DNA of 64,000 nt from NCBI GenBank assembly GCA_964019335.1, contig OZ025715.1, forward strand, positions 372,001 to 436,000, in the 5' to 3' direction. Position 1 is the stretch's first letter. The number at the start of each line of letters is the position of its first letter. The notes under the pieces were generated by a model. That model was not told the DNA's origin. It worked only from the letters and a program-made list of their open reading frames with translations, and did no database searches. The DNA comes from Diplonema japonicum (taxonomy: Eukaryota; Protista; Euglenozoa: Diplonemea). Positions 46,262 through 56,800 of the stretch are shown here, one piece after another. Made by a program: the position numbers and the translations under genes.

Positions 46262-49222
46262 ATGGCAAGGATGATGCGGCAGATTGCGGCTTTTGTGGGG
46301 CTGCTGGCTGTTGGAGGGGCGACGGGGTCGGAGCTGTCGTCTTCGCTGGAGCAGCTGATCTACCTGAACAAGGGGACTGTGTCGAAGGACGACACCTTCG
46401 TGCTGGTGGACCAGACCTCGGACTACTGGGAACCGGAGAACGTGACGCGGTCGAGGTACGCGTGGGCGGATCTGGGGACGGTGCCGATGCCGTACACGAC
46501 GCTGGCGGAGCAGTGCGAGTCTCTGGGCCCATTGGTGCAGGGGACAGACCGGGAGGGCGGGGACTACAGGCAGGTAGTGAACACGACCCTGGAGGGGTGC
46601 CAGAAGACCTGCTGCGACGAGGCGAGCTGCCAGTCCTTCGTGTACGCGTCCGCGTCCCCGTCCAGCTTCGGGTCCTGTGTGGAGGGGAAGCCGTGCTGCT
46701 TCTTGAAGGCGGCAGTTCCGGACACGAAGCCCTCCCCTGGGTTGACCTCGGGGACCGTGAGCCGGAAGCCTCTCGGGAAGGATCAGGCACCGCCTCCCGG
46801 GGTTCGCTCGGCCCCTCCTCTCGGGGGTCTCGCTGCGGGGACGATGGAGCTCCGAGGGGACGGGACGCTGACGGCGTGGACGACGGAGAACAACAGCCCT
46901 GCAGGGAGTGCGAAGCTGTCGAAGCAGCGGGCGGCGATGTTCGGGGCGCGGGTGGGGAGCGGCTGGGCGAGGGTGCTGCAGACGAGTCCGCTGGATCCGG
47001 AGATGGAGGGGGTGGAGTCCCTGACCTTCGGGGGAAGCCCTCCGACGACACGCCTGCAGGTAGGGGGCGCCCCCGCCGGGATGGAGGTGACACTGTACGG
47101 GTACAGCAGGATGGCGACTGGGAACATGGAGAGGAGCCACCTCCCCGCGATCGCCTTCAGCATGGCCTTCAAGAACACCGGGAGCACTGCGCAGGAGGTG
47201 TCGGCCTTCTTCAACCTCCCGGCGATGAACGAGAACACAGAGCGCCACGGGAAGGTGCTCTCGGTGGACCCCTCGGCGACGAGCCCCGAGGCGTGCCTGA
47301 GCAGCTGCAACAAGGCATCGCAGTGTCAGAGCTGGGAGTTCTCGAAGGCGGAGAAGAAGTGCAGCCTGCAGGCGGACTCGCGGGACTACGCGTTTGAGGA
47401 CGGGACGACCTCCGGGACGAAGGCGCTGTGGAAGCAGGGGGCCGGGGGCTGCCTGACGGTGAACAAGCCCGGGATGGGCCCGATGAACGGGAACTACTCG
47501 CTGTGCGGGACCGGGGGCAGCAGCCTCTCTGCAGGGACGGGGACGCACAAGGACCTGTGGGCGCAGTTTGCCGGGACGGGGAAGCTGAGCGGAGGGGTGT
47601 CGACGGACGCTCCACACGGGGCGATGGCTGTGAGCGGGACGGTCGCATCCGGGGACACCCTCGTCCTCACCATCACCCTCGGCTACTTCTTCCCCCTCCA
47701 CAACTACTTGGACCAGGTGCTCGGAAACCAGTACGCGAACTTCTTCCAGGACTCGGAGGGTCCCGCTTTGGAGCTCGCAGCAGACCTCGTGGGAACCCTG
47801 GCCGACATCCACGCCATCCACCGCCCCATCCTCGGCTCCACCCTCCCGACCTGGATGAGCGACTCGCTGGTGGCGACGCTGCACCACGTGCGCTCTGCGA
47901 TGTGGTACAAGGACGGGAGGTGGAGGCAGTGGGAGGCTTATGACTGCGTGAACATGGACAGCGTGCACAACGACGGGGAGAGGCACATTCCGTACATCAT
48001 GCTGTTCCCGGAGTCGACGAAGTCGAAGGTGGAGGCATGGGGGAGGGCGCAGGCGAGCAATGGGATGATCCACGAGCAGCTTGCGTGCGGGTGCCAGGGG
48101 GGCATCGACAGCGGCTTCGAGCACGGCTGCGGGCGTGTGATGTCGGACTGCAGCTCCATGTACATCATCTATCTTTTGGAGCTTCTGAGGTGGAACAACG
48201 ACCAGGACTTCGTGAGGACGTGGTACCCGACAGCGAGGAGGGCGGCGGAGTGGCAGATCTCGGTGAGCACCTTCCACGGGATGCCGACAAAGCTGCAGAC
48301 GACGTACGACGTGCTGGGGATGCAGGGCTACGATGCGGTGGCCTACTCCACGATGTTCCAGATCACGTGCATGAAGGCGATGGCAGAGCTCGCGGCCTTC
48401 ATGGACCTCCCGAGCGACGTGGAGCGCTACAACAACGCGGCGGCTGCGGCGGTGGAGGGGATGGAGACGGTGCTGTGGCAGGATGACATGAAGGCCTACC
48501 AGGCCTACTACGAGCCGGCGAACGGGAGGGCCATCATGGCGGACACCTTCTACGCACAGGTGCTGGCGCACAGCGTGGGGCTCGGAACCCTCGTGAACGA
48601 GACGCGTCTCGGGATGCACCTGGACACGGAGGCGGTGACGAACTACGACCCCTTCGGTCTGAAGATCTTGACGGGGAGGACGCACGGGAACAGCGAGACG
48701 GAGAAGGATATCTGGATGATGGCACCGGCGGACCACGCGGCGGCGATGCTGCGGATCAGGCACGGGACCGTGGAGGAGGCGCTGGAGGTCGGGGGCAGGC
48801 CTTACAAGCGTCTGACGGAGGACATCAACGACGTGTGGAACGCCTGCGGGATCATGAGGGGGAACTACACGACCTTCCCTGGGTCGAACTTCGACACCGC
48901 GCACTACGGCTACTACATGACCATCTGGCACCTCATGCTCGCCATGTCTGACCAGATCATCGACGTGCACGCGGGGACCTTCGCCTTCAGCCCCGTCACC
49001 TCGGGTCCCGCCCCCGCCCAACAGCAGCCCTTCTCCCTCCCCGTCATGCTCCCGAGCGTCCTGGGCTTCGTTAACGGGTCCAAGCTCCAGGACGGCAGCT
49101 ACCACGTTGGCTTCTGTCTCACCGCCGGCACTGTCAACGCCAAGACTGTCTCCTGGTGGGGCCGCCAGTACCCCTCTTCTGTCCACCTCACTGCTGGGGA
49201 GTGCATCGACATGAGGCTCTAG
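46262..49222 (+). CDS. Secreted glycoside hydrolase family 116 (GBA2-like beta-glucosidase) with two PAN/apple-like modules, copy 1
   Basis: Signal peptide; GH116 N-domain PLGGLAAGTMELRGDG; catalytic-domain WEAYDC...VH, LFPE, TTYD; apple-like CQKTCCDEASCQSFVY...CCFLK and CLSSCNKASQCQSWEF...KCSL. Intronless, GC-rich. Confidence 0.85.
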   Translation: MARMMRQIAAFVGLLAVGGATGSELSSSLEQLIYLNKGTVSKDDTFVLVDQTSDYWEPENVTRSRYAWADLGTVPMPYTTLAEQCESLGPLVQGTDREGGDYRQVVNTTLEGCQKTCCDEASCQSFVYASASPSSFGSCVEGKPCCFLKAAVPDTKPSPGLTSGTVSRKPLGKDQAPPPGVRSAPPLGGLAAGTMELRGDGTLTAWTTENNSPAGSAKLSKQRAAMFGARVGSGWARVLQTSPLDPEMEGVESLTFGGSPPTTRLQVGGAPAGMEVTLYGYSRMATGNMERSHLPAIAFSMAFKNTGSTAQEVSAFFNLPAMNENTERHGKVLSVDPSATSPEACLSSCNKASQCQSWEFSKAEKKCSLQADSRDYAFEDGTTSGTKALWKQGAGGCLTVNKPGMGPMNGNYSLCGTGGSSLSAGTGTHKDLWAQFAGTGKLSGGVSTDAPHGAMAVSGTVASGDTLVLTITLGYFFPLHNYLDQVLGNQYANFFQDSEGPALELAADLVGTLADIHAIHRPILGSTLPTWMSDSLVATLHHVRSAMWYKDGRWRQWEAYDCVNMDSVHNDGERHIPYIMLFPESTKSKVEAWGRAQASNGMIHEQLACGCQGGIDSGFEHGCGRVMSDCSSMYIIYLLELLRWNNDQDFVRTWYPTARRAAEWQISVSTFHGMPTKLQTTYDVLGMQGYDAVAYSTMFQITCMKAMAELAAFMDLPSDVERYNNAAAAAVEGMETVLWQDDMKAYQAYYEPANGRAIMADTFYAQVLAHSVGLGTLVNETRLGMHLDTEAVTNYDPFGLKILTGRTHGNSETEKDIWMMAPADHAAAMLRIRHGTVEEALEVGGRPYKRLTEDINDVWNACGIMRGNYTTFPGSNFDTAHYGYYMTIWHLMLAMSDQIIDVHAGTFAFSPVTSGPAPAQQQPFSLPVMLPSVLGFVNGSKLQDGSYHVGFCLTAGTVNAKTVSWWGRQYPSSVHLTAGECIDMRL

Positions 49223-50499
49223 ATCGAAAAAGAACACGTTTGAACAAATATTTGCTGTGATATGGTATTATGATCCAATGAATCGTAAAAAAAAAAAAAA
49301 AGAAAGAAAAAAAAGAAGAAGAAAAAAAAAATGATTCCATTTATTTTGCAAACCACCGTGCTGTCGAATTCTATATTGTTCTTCCTGTCTTTTCTTTCTT
49401 CTTTCTGATGTGAACAAGTGGGCGGTCTCTACAAAGACTTCCCTTTACTTATATATACTTCTTCTTTTTTTTTTTTTTTTTTTTGTGCTGTACTCAGCCT
49501 CTCTCCACCCATCTTTTTCTTCCAAGAATTTATATAAACTGGTTGAAGCTAGATACGCTGTTCTTGAGCCACCGATCTACTGAAGCTCTTTGTACCGTAT
49601 TATGGGAAAAGATTGAAACAGATTCAGGCAATGTTACATGGGCCTGAACCAAAGGTTGTGTTAAGAAGATTACATGTAGTAGCACGTGGCACTACAGTAG
49701 GTCAATCTTTTCCAGTTATGTACGGTAACATGGTGCAGTGCATTAGAACAGTGAACAGGCAGAATAGGGGGGTTAATTTTTCTTTTTCTTTCGGATGGGG
49801 GGGGGGGGGGGGGGGGCTGTGTGACACCCCCCCTTAAGCGAGTCAAAGTGAGAGGGAACTATGCGTTTACCCTCTCCTTAACACGATGCAAAATTCGGTA
49901 AAAAAAAAAATAAATATTAAAAAAAAACTGCATTTCGTTCTTGTTTCTTTGCTTTCTTTCTTTCTTTCTTTCCTCCTCTTCTTTTTCGGGGGGGGCGTCT
50001 TGCAAGACCCATAGTTACGTGGGTCGTTGCTAACAATTCTCCCTTTATTGTGGCACCCCTTCTTTTTTTTTTTTGTCTTCTCTCTTTCTCTCTCTTTTCT
50101 TTCCCCCCCTTTTTTTTTTCCTCTTTTCTTCCTGCCCTTCTTCTTTTTTCCTGCCCCCTTTCTTTAAAAGTTCTTTTCCCCTTCCTTTTTCTTTGCTGCC
50201 CCGCTGTGCTCTTAGGGCCAATTCGGTATGGTATCTCATGCCAGATGACGCGGGAAGAAAGGAGGGGAAGGGGTAATAAGAAAAGCGTTCCGCACCGAGG
50301 TAACAAAGAAAACACAGAAATGAATAAAAAAATAAAAAAGGGATGGAAAGCTTTTTTTTTTAGAAGGAAAAAGAAACAAGAAGGGGGTAGTCAAAAACGT
50401 CACCCCCCCCCCCCCCCCCCCACTGCGTATTCCCTTTTTGCTTGTTTTTTTTAACATAATCGCTGCTTGTGAAATCTCTTTTCAAAGGAAGTTTTTAGA

Positions 50500-53358
50500 A
50501 TGGGCAGTGGTGGAAGCACCACAGGTAGCGAAGTGGGGTCCGCCCCTCTAGAGGACGACCTACGCGCAGCTGTGGAAGGAGTTCGTGAAGGGGGCCAAGA
50601 CCGTGTGCTTGCTTGCATTGAAATACTGTTGGAGTGTGATCGGTATGGGTGCGTGACGGGTTTGCTGCCACAGCTTATGGGGGATGTGCTAGACATTGTG
50701 CTTCGGGAGTTGAACAAACACAGCCCCAGCCTTCTTGCAGCCACCAGGAAGATGCTGCACCACCTTGGTGAACGCAGTGCACCTTTTGCCGGTAAGTACT
50801 CCGACATCGAGAACAAATGCAAACTTGAAGACGCTGTCCTAGCCTTTACCATAGCATATGAGGTTGCTCTTTGCAAGGCTGTGCTTGAACTTGCTGGCAC
50901 CAAAGACCCCGTCACTGTAAAGCTTTTAAACAACGACTTCAAACCATCTGACGTGATCCCTCGCACGACGCACCCCTACGCCACACACCTCGCCGTCGGT
51001 GTTCTTGCACAGGGCGCCGCCGGTAGCGACAAGGCTGCCGATCAGCTTTCTCAAATTGCAAAGGGCCCTTCCGCATGGTGGCTGATCGTTTCCATTGTCC
51101 GGGCCTTTCAAAGGGTTCTCAAGCAAGCCCCCAGCAGGTACCCCATGTGCCTCTACCATGAGAACGGCATCGTCAGCACATCCCTCTCATTCTCAACAAA
51201 AGCAGACGGCGGCAGCTTGCACACACTGGGCAACTGTTTGCACTGCCTGCTGACAGTTCTGAAGTACCCCCTACCCAGCAGGGTGCAGATGCAGGTGGAA
51301 GATGCCGTCATGCTCGTTTATCTGACGGAGCCTCGTGGCGTGGTGCTGAACCTTCTAACACATGAATCCTGCTGCACGCAGATGGAACTGGCTCTTAAGA
51401 ACGCTGCGAGCAGGGTGCCCGTCATGGAACGGAAGGTTGCGGACTTCACGAAAACGACTCGAGACCAACTCAAAAAGGCACAGCAAGCAGATACCAAGCA
51501 GGACGCCGTCAAGGCCCTGCGGGAAGAGTTCGAGACGATGGTCACCTTGCGGCAGCGTGTTGCAGACGGGTCGGTCTACGGCATACCGAAAGACCCCTTT
51601 GAAGGAGTCAAAGGGTTGCTTGAAGAGGTAGCAACGGTTCTAGGGTGCGCAGTGCCCAGTATTGCTGTGATCGATCAGGTGAGAGCGGATGGCAAATCTG
51701 TTGTCCAGAAGACTATTCTTGAGACTCTTGAGGAACTGGATGAGTGGAGGCGACGGAAGGAACACGGCTACGACCACGACAGAAGGTTCGAAAGCAAGTG
51801 GGAGGAGTTTAAGGGGTTCGACTGGGAGAGGAAGGCTAAGGGGCACTCCGAGGACGCTCAGAAGACAATCATAGTAGGGCTCTCGGAACACAGCCAGCCC
51901 CAAGACCCTGAGAAAAAGCAACTCCTTCTCATCCATTTCATCGACACAGAGCAGCAGATCCCCTCCAGCACAGGCGACAATGCTCCTCCTGCTGTGTGGG
52001 CCGTCAGCCTCACTGTACCCGAGCTGCATACCGTTTCCAAGCGGATGAAGGAAGGCGCAATGATGCCACTGATCCACAAGGAGCCAAGAGGGAAGGGTCC
52101 TACTCCGTGGTACCTCGAGGCCAGCTGGGTCGCGACAGGGCCGTTGATCACGAGCATGAAGCTGGTGTCGAAAATGACCCAGGATGCCCACCCCACCACC
52201 AAGATGGTATCCTTCGAGTACAAAGGTGACCAGATAGAGCTGGTGGACGTGAAGACAGAAGCACCGAAAGAGCCCATCGTGCAGAAGACTTACGAGCTGC
52301 CGAAGAGTGTGTCCAATGTGGTCGACACAAAGCTGGCCGCAGCGTTGGCCAAGCCTTCTGTGGTGAGGACCGCAAATGGGACAAGTGGTGAAGGTATTTC
52401 GAGGCTTAAAATCAAGCTAGTGGGGGAAGGCTCCGCAAGGAGCAACGGGTTTTCAAACCCACCTGTCGTGTTCCAGTCCGTGGTGTCGCCGAAGCTAATG
52501 ATCATGAACCCGACCAAGAAGACGATCATATGCAAGGAGTTCACCATGGAGTACTTCGAGGTGAAAGGCGATGAGAGGACCCCGAGGAAGTTCGTCGGGA
52601 AGGATGTCGACTGCGTGATAGGTACAGCGAGCAGCGACAGGTCGGGGAGGATAACAGTGGATGAGCACCCGGAACAGAATAGTTTCGAGGTTGGTGCGCA
52701 CCAGTCAATAGAGCTGCACCTGGTGGGGAAGCAACAGATGATAGGGGTGGTGCCATACCCGTCGTTTGCGATGAAGGCAAGGCTACACCATATGTTCCTA
52801 AAACTGGCCGGGGGTGAAGAGACCAACAAGGTGGAGTGCAGGTGTTCCTTAAAAGACGACAACAGAACAACAAAGAAAGTGACCTTTGAGGTAGGAAACC
52901 AACCCATTGACGCAAGACCGAACACCTATGAAGAGGCTGTCGCGATGGCGAATGGAGAGGAAGGGATAGGGGAAGACTACTTGTGCCTGTTGTGGTTGTC
53001 AGTAGATGACCCCATCACCCTGAACAAAGCATTCCTTGTCGTTACACTGTCGAAAACGGACCCTGAGTACTGGATCTCGAGGCAGACATCCGAGTGCTCT
53101 GGGCGGACCTTACCTGCTACCGTTCAGTATCACTACCCAGATCATCTCAAGCGGCAAGGGTACATGGCCAAAAAGGATAACTTAACCGAGGTTGTGTTAG
53201 AAAGCTCATCCTGCACTACTCTTTACACCTTGGCCGATCCTTCCACAGGCACCATCTATGGCTTGCGAGGCGACATCACCATCAAGCACCCGATTACCGA
53301 TGAGGTGCTAGCCCATGTGAGCCAGTCCACCTTACTGGATTACTCCATCATGAAATAG
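50500..53358 (+). CDS. Hypothetical 952-aa protein, probable N-myristoylation (MGSGGS)
   Basis: Long intact ORF with coding-like composition; MGxxxS N-terminus; no domain recognised. Confidence 0.75.
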   Translation: MGSGGSTTGSEVGSAPLEDDLRAAVEGVREGGQDRVLACIEILLECDRYGCVTGLLPQLMGDVLDIVLRELNKHSPSLLAATRKMLHHLGERSAPFAGKYSDIENKCKLEDAVLAFTIAYEVALCKAVLELAGTKDPVTVKLLNNDFKPSDVIPRTTHPYATHLAVGVLAQGAAGSDKAADQLSQIAKGPSAWWLIVSIVRAFQRVLKQAPSRYPMCLYHENGIVSTSLSFSTKADGGSLHTLGNCLHCLLTVLKYPLPSRVQMQVEDAVMLVYLTEPRGVVLNLLTHESCCTQMELALKNAASRVPVMERKVADFTKTTRDQLKKAQQADTKQDAVKALREEFETMVTLRQRVADGSVYGIPKDPFEGVKGLLEEVATVLGCAVPSIAVIDQVRADGKSVVQKTILETLEELDEWRRRKEHGYDHDRRFESKWEEFKGFDWERKAKGHSEDAQKTIIVGLSEHSQPQDPEKKQLLLIHFIDTEQQIPSSTGDNAPPAVWAVSLTVPELHTVSKRMKEGAMMPLIHKEPRGKGPTPWYLEASWVATGPLITSMKLVSKMTQDAHPTTKMVSFEYKGDQIELVDVKTEAPKEPIVQKTYELPKSVSNVVDTKLAAALAKPSVVRTANGTSGEGISRLKIKLVGEGSARSNGFSNPPVVFQSVVSPKLMIMNPTKKTIICKEFTMEYFEVKGDERTPRKFVGKDVDCVIGTASSDRSGRITVDEHPEQNSFEVGAHQSIELHLVGKQQMIGVVPYPSFAMKARLHHMFLKLAGGEETNKVECRCSLKDDNRTTKKVTFEVGNQPIDARPNTYEEAVAMANGEEGIGEDYLCLLWLSVDDPITLNKAFLVVTLSKTDPEYWISRQTSECSGRTLPATVQYHYPDHLKRQGYMAKKDNLTEVVLESSSCTTLYTLADPSTGTIYGLRGDITIKHPITDEVLAHVSQSTLLDYSIMK

Positions 53359-53820
53359 TTTTTTTTTTTTTTAGTACAGTATTTTTTTTTTGCGGGACAT
53401 GTATTCGATTTCTGCATTCTATCCCCAACAGCCACCTCAAGAAGGTTTTCTTTTCTTCTTCGTCGGCACACTCTTACGGTTTTCTTCTTGCGGCACCATA
53501 CAATGGCTTTCTCCCGACGGTGGACACACCGTGCAAACCTCTTTTTTTGATGCTTCCTTTACGTTGTGAATCGTTTGCTGACAGATTACTTACGTTTGAG
53601 TCAAAATCGATTAGGCATGGTACACGGGCAGTCCTTCAAATGACAACCCACCTTTCGTTTTGCACTTTACTGGTTAACGGTTCCTCTGGGAGGTTTTTCT
53701 GGGTGAGGTGTCTTGACTCAGAACGTCTTTCATTTTCTTCTGGAACAGTGAGCACCCCCTGCACACTGAACTTTTATCGAATTTCTTTTTCAACAATGTG
53801 GATTTGCATCCATTTTGCTA

Positions 53821-56800
53821 TTTTCTTTCTTATCTTCTCAACGCCGCCTCACAGGTAAAGACACATGGCAAGGATGATGCGGCAGATTGCGGCTTTTGTG
53901 GGGCTGCTGGCTGTTGGAGGGGCGACGGGGTCGGAGCTGTCGTCTTCGCTGGAGCAGCTGATCTACCTGAACAAGGGGACTGTGTCGAAGGACGACACCT
54001 TCGTGCTGGTGGACCAGACCTCGGACTACTGGGAACCGGAGAACGTGACGCGGTCGAGGTACGCGTGGGCGGATCTGGGGACGGTGCCGATGCCGTACAC
54101 GACGCTGGCGGAGCAGTGCGAGTCTCTGGGCCCATTGGTGCAGGGGACAGACCGGGAGGGCGGGGACTACAGGCAGGTAGTGAACACGACCCTGGAGGGG
54201 TGCCAGAAGACCTGCTGCGACGAGGCGAGCTGCCAGTCCTTCGTGTACGCGTCCGCGTCCCCGTCCAGCTTCGGGTCCTGTGTGGAGGGGAAGCCGTGCT
54301 GCTTCTTGAAGGCGGCAGTTCCGGACACGAAGCCCTCCCCTGGGTTGACCTCGGGGACCGTGAGCCGGAAGCCTCTCGGGAAGGATCAGGCACCGCCTCC
54401 CGGGGTTCGCTCGGCCCCTCCTCTCGGGGGTCTCGCTGCGGGGACGATGGAGCTCCGAGGGGACGGGACGCTGACGGCGTGGACGACGGAGAACAACAGC
54501 CCTGCAGGGAGTGCGAAGCTGTCGAAGCAGCGGGCGGCGATGTTCGGGGCGCGGGTGGGGAGCGGCTGGGCGAGGGTGCTGCAGACGAGTCCGCTGGATC
54601 CGGAGATGGAGGGGGTGGAGTCCCTGACCTTCGGGGGAAGCCCTCCGACGACACGCCTGCAGGTAGGGGGCGCCCCCGCCGGGATGGAGGTGACACTGTA
54701 CGGGTACAGCAGGATGGCGACTGGGAACATGGAGAGGAGCCACCTCCCCGCGATCGCCTTCAGCATGGCCTTCAAGAACACCGGGAGCACTGCGCAGGAG
54801 GTGTCGGCCTTCTTCAACCTCCCGGCGATGAACGAGAACACAGAGCGCCACGGGAAGGTGCTCTCGGTGGACCCCTCGGCGACGAGCCCCGAGGCGTGCC
54901 TGAGCAGCTGCAACAAGGCATCGCAGTGTCAGAGCTGGGAGTTCTCGAAGGCGGAGAAGAAGTGCAGCCTGCAGGCGGACTCGCGGGACTACGCGTTTGA
55001 GGACGGGACGACCTCCGGGACGAAGGCGCTGTGGAAGCAGGGGGCCGGGGGCTGCCTGACGGTGAACAAGCCCGGGATGGGCCCGATGAACGGGAACTAC
55101 TCGCTGTGCGGGACCGGGGGCAGCAGCCTCTCTGCAGGGACGGGGACGCACAAGGACCTGTGGGCGCAGTTTGCCGGGACGGGGAAGCTGAGCGGAGGGG
55201 TGTCGACGGACGCTCCACACGGGGCGATGGCTGTGAGCGGGACGGTCGCATCCGGGGACACCCTCGTCCTCACCATCACCCTCGGCTACTTCTTCCCCCT
55301 CCACAACTACTTGGACCAGGTGCTCGGAAACCAGTACGCGAACTTCTTCCAGGACTCGGAGGGTCCCGCTTTGGAGCTCGCAGCAGACCTCGTGGGAACC
55401 CTGGCCGACATCCACGCCATCCACCGCCCCATCCTCGGCTCCACCCTCCCGACCTGGATGAGCGACTCGCTGGTGGCGACGCTGCACCACGTGCGCTCTG
55501 CGATGTGGTACAAGGACGGGAGGTGGAGGCAGTGGGAGGCTTATGACTGCGTGAACATGGACAGCGTGCACAACGACGGGGAGAGGCACATTCCGTACAT
55601 CATGCTGTTCCCGGAGTCGACGAAGTCGAAGGTGGAGGCATGGGGGAGGGCGCAGGCGAGCAATGGGATGATCCACGAGCAGCTTGCGTGCGGGTGCCAG
55701 GGGGGCATCGACAGCGGCTTCGAGCACGGCTGCGGGCGTGTGATGTCGGACTGCAGCTCCATGTACATCATCTATCTTTTGGAGCTTCTGAGGTGGAACA
55801 ACGACCAGGACTTCGTGAGGACGTGGTACCCGACAGCGAGGAGGGCGGCGGAGTGGCAGATCTCGGTGAGCACCTTCCACGGGATGCCGACAAAGCTGCA
55901 GACGACGTACGACGTGCTGGGGATGCAGGGCTACGATGCGGTGGCCTACTCCACGATGTTCCAGATCACGTGCATGAAGGCGATGGCAGAGCTCGCGGCC
56001 TTCATGGACCTCCCGAGCGACGTGGAGCGCTACAACAACGCGGCGGCTGCGGCGGTGGAGGGGATGGAGACGGTGCTGTGGCAGGATGACATGAAGGCCT
56101 ACCAGGCCTACTACGAGCCGGCGAACGGGAGGGCCATCATGGCGGACACCTTCTACGCACAGGTGCTGGCGCACAGCGTGGGGCTCGGAACCCTCGTGAA
56201 CGAGACGCGTCTCGGGATGCACCTGGACACGGAGGCGGTGACGAACTACGACCCCTTCGGTCTGAAGATCTTGACGGGGAGGACGCACGGGAACAGCGAG
56301 ACGGAGAAGGATATCTGGATGATGGCACCGGCGGACCACGCGGCGGCGATGCTGCGGATCAGGCACGGGACCGTGGAGGAGGCGCTGGAGGTCGGGGGCA
56401 GGCCTTACAAGCGTCTGACGGAGGACATCAACGACGTGTGGAACGCCTGCGGGATCATGAGGGGGAACTACACGACCTTCCCTGGGTCGAACTTCGACAC
56501 CGCGCACTACGGCTACTACATGACCATCTGGCACCTCATGCTCGCCATGTCTGACCAGATCATCGACGTGCACGCGGGGACCTTCGCCTTCAGCCCCGTC
56601 ACCTCGGGTCCCGCCCCCGCCCAACAGCAGCCCTTCTCCCTCCCCGTCATGCTCCCGAGCGTCCTGGGCTTCGTTAACGGGTCCAAGCTCCAGGACGGCA
56701 GCTACCACGTTGGCTTCTGTCTCACCGCCGGCACTGTCAACGCCAAGACTGTCTCCTGGTGGGGCCGCCAGTACCCCTCTTCTGTCCACCTCACTGCTGG

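Larger units (their letters stand above)
46218..49864 (+). repeat. Segmental duplication unit 1 (GH116 gene plus ~640 nt 3' flank)
   Basis: Homologous to 53821-57314. Similarity starts at the pyrimidine tract before CTCACAG and ends at GAGGGAACTATGC. Confidence 0.92.
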
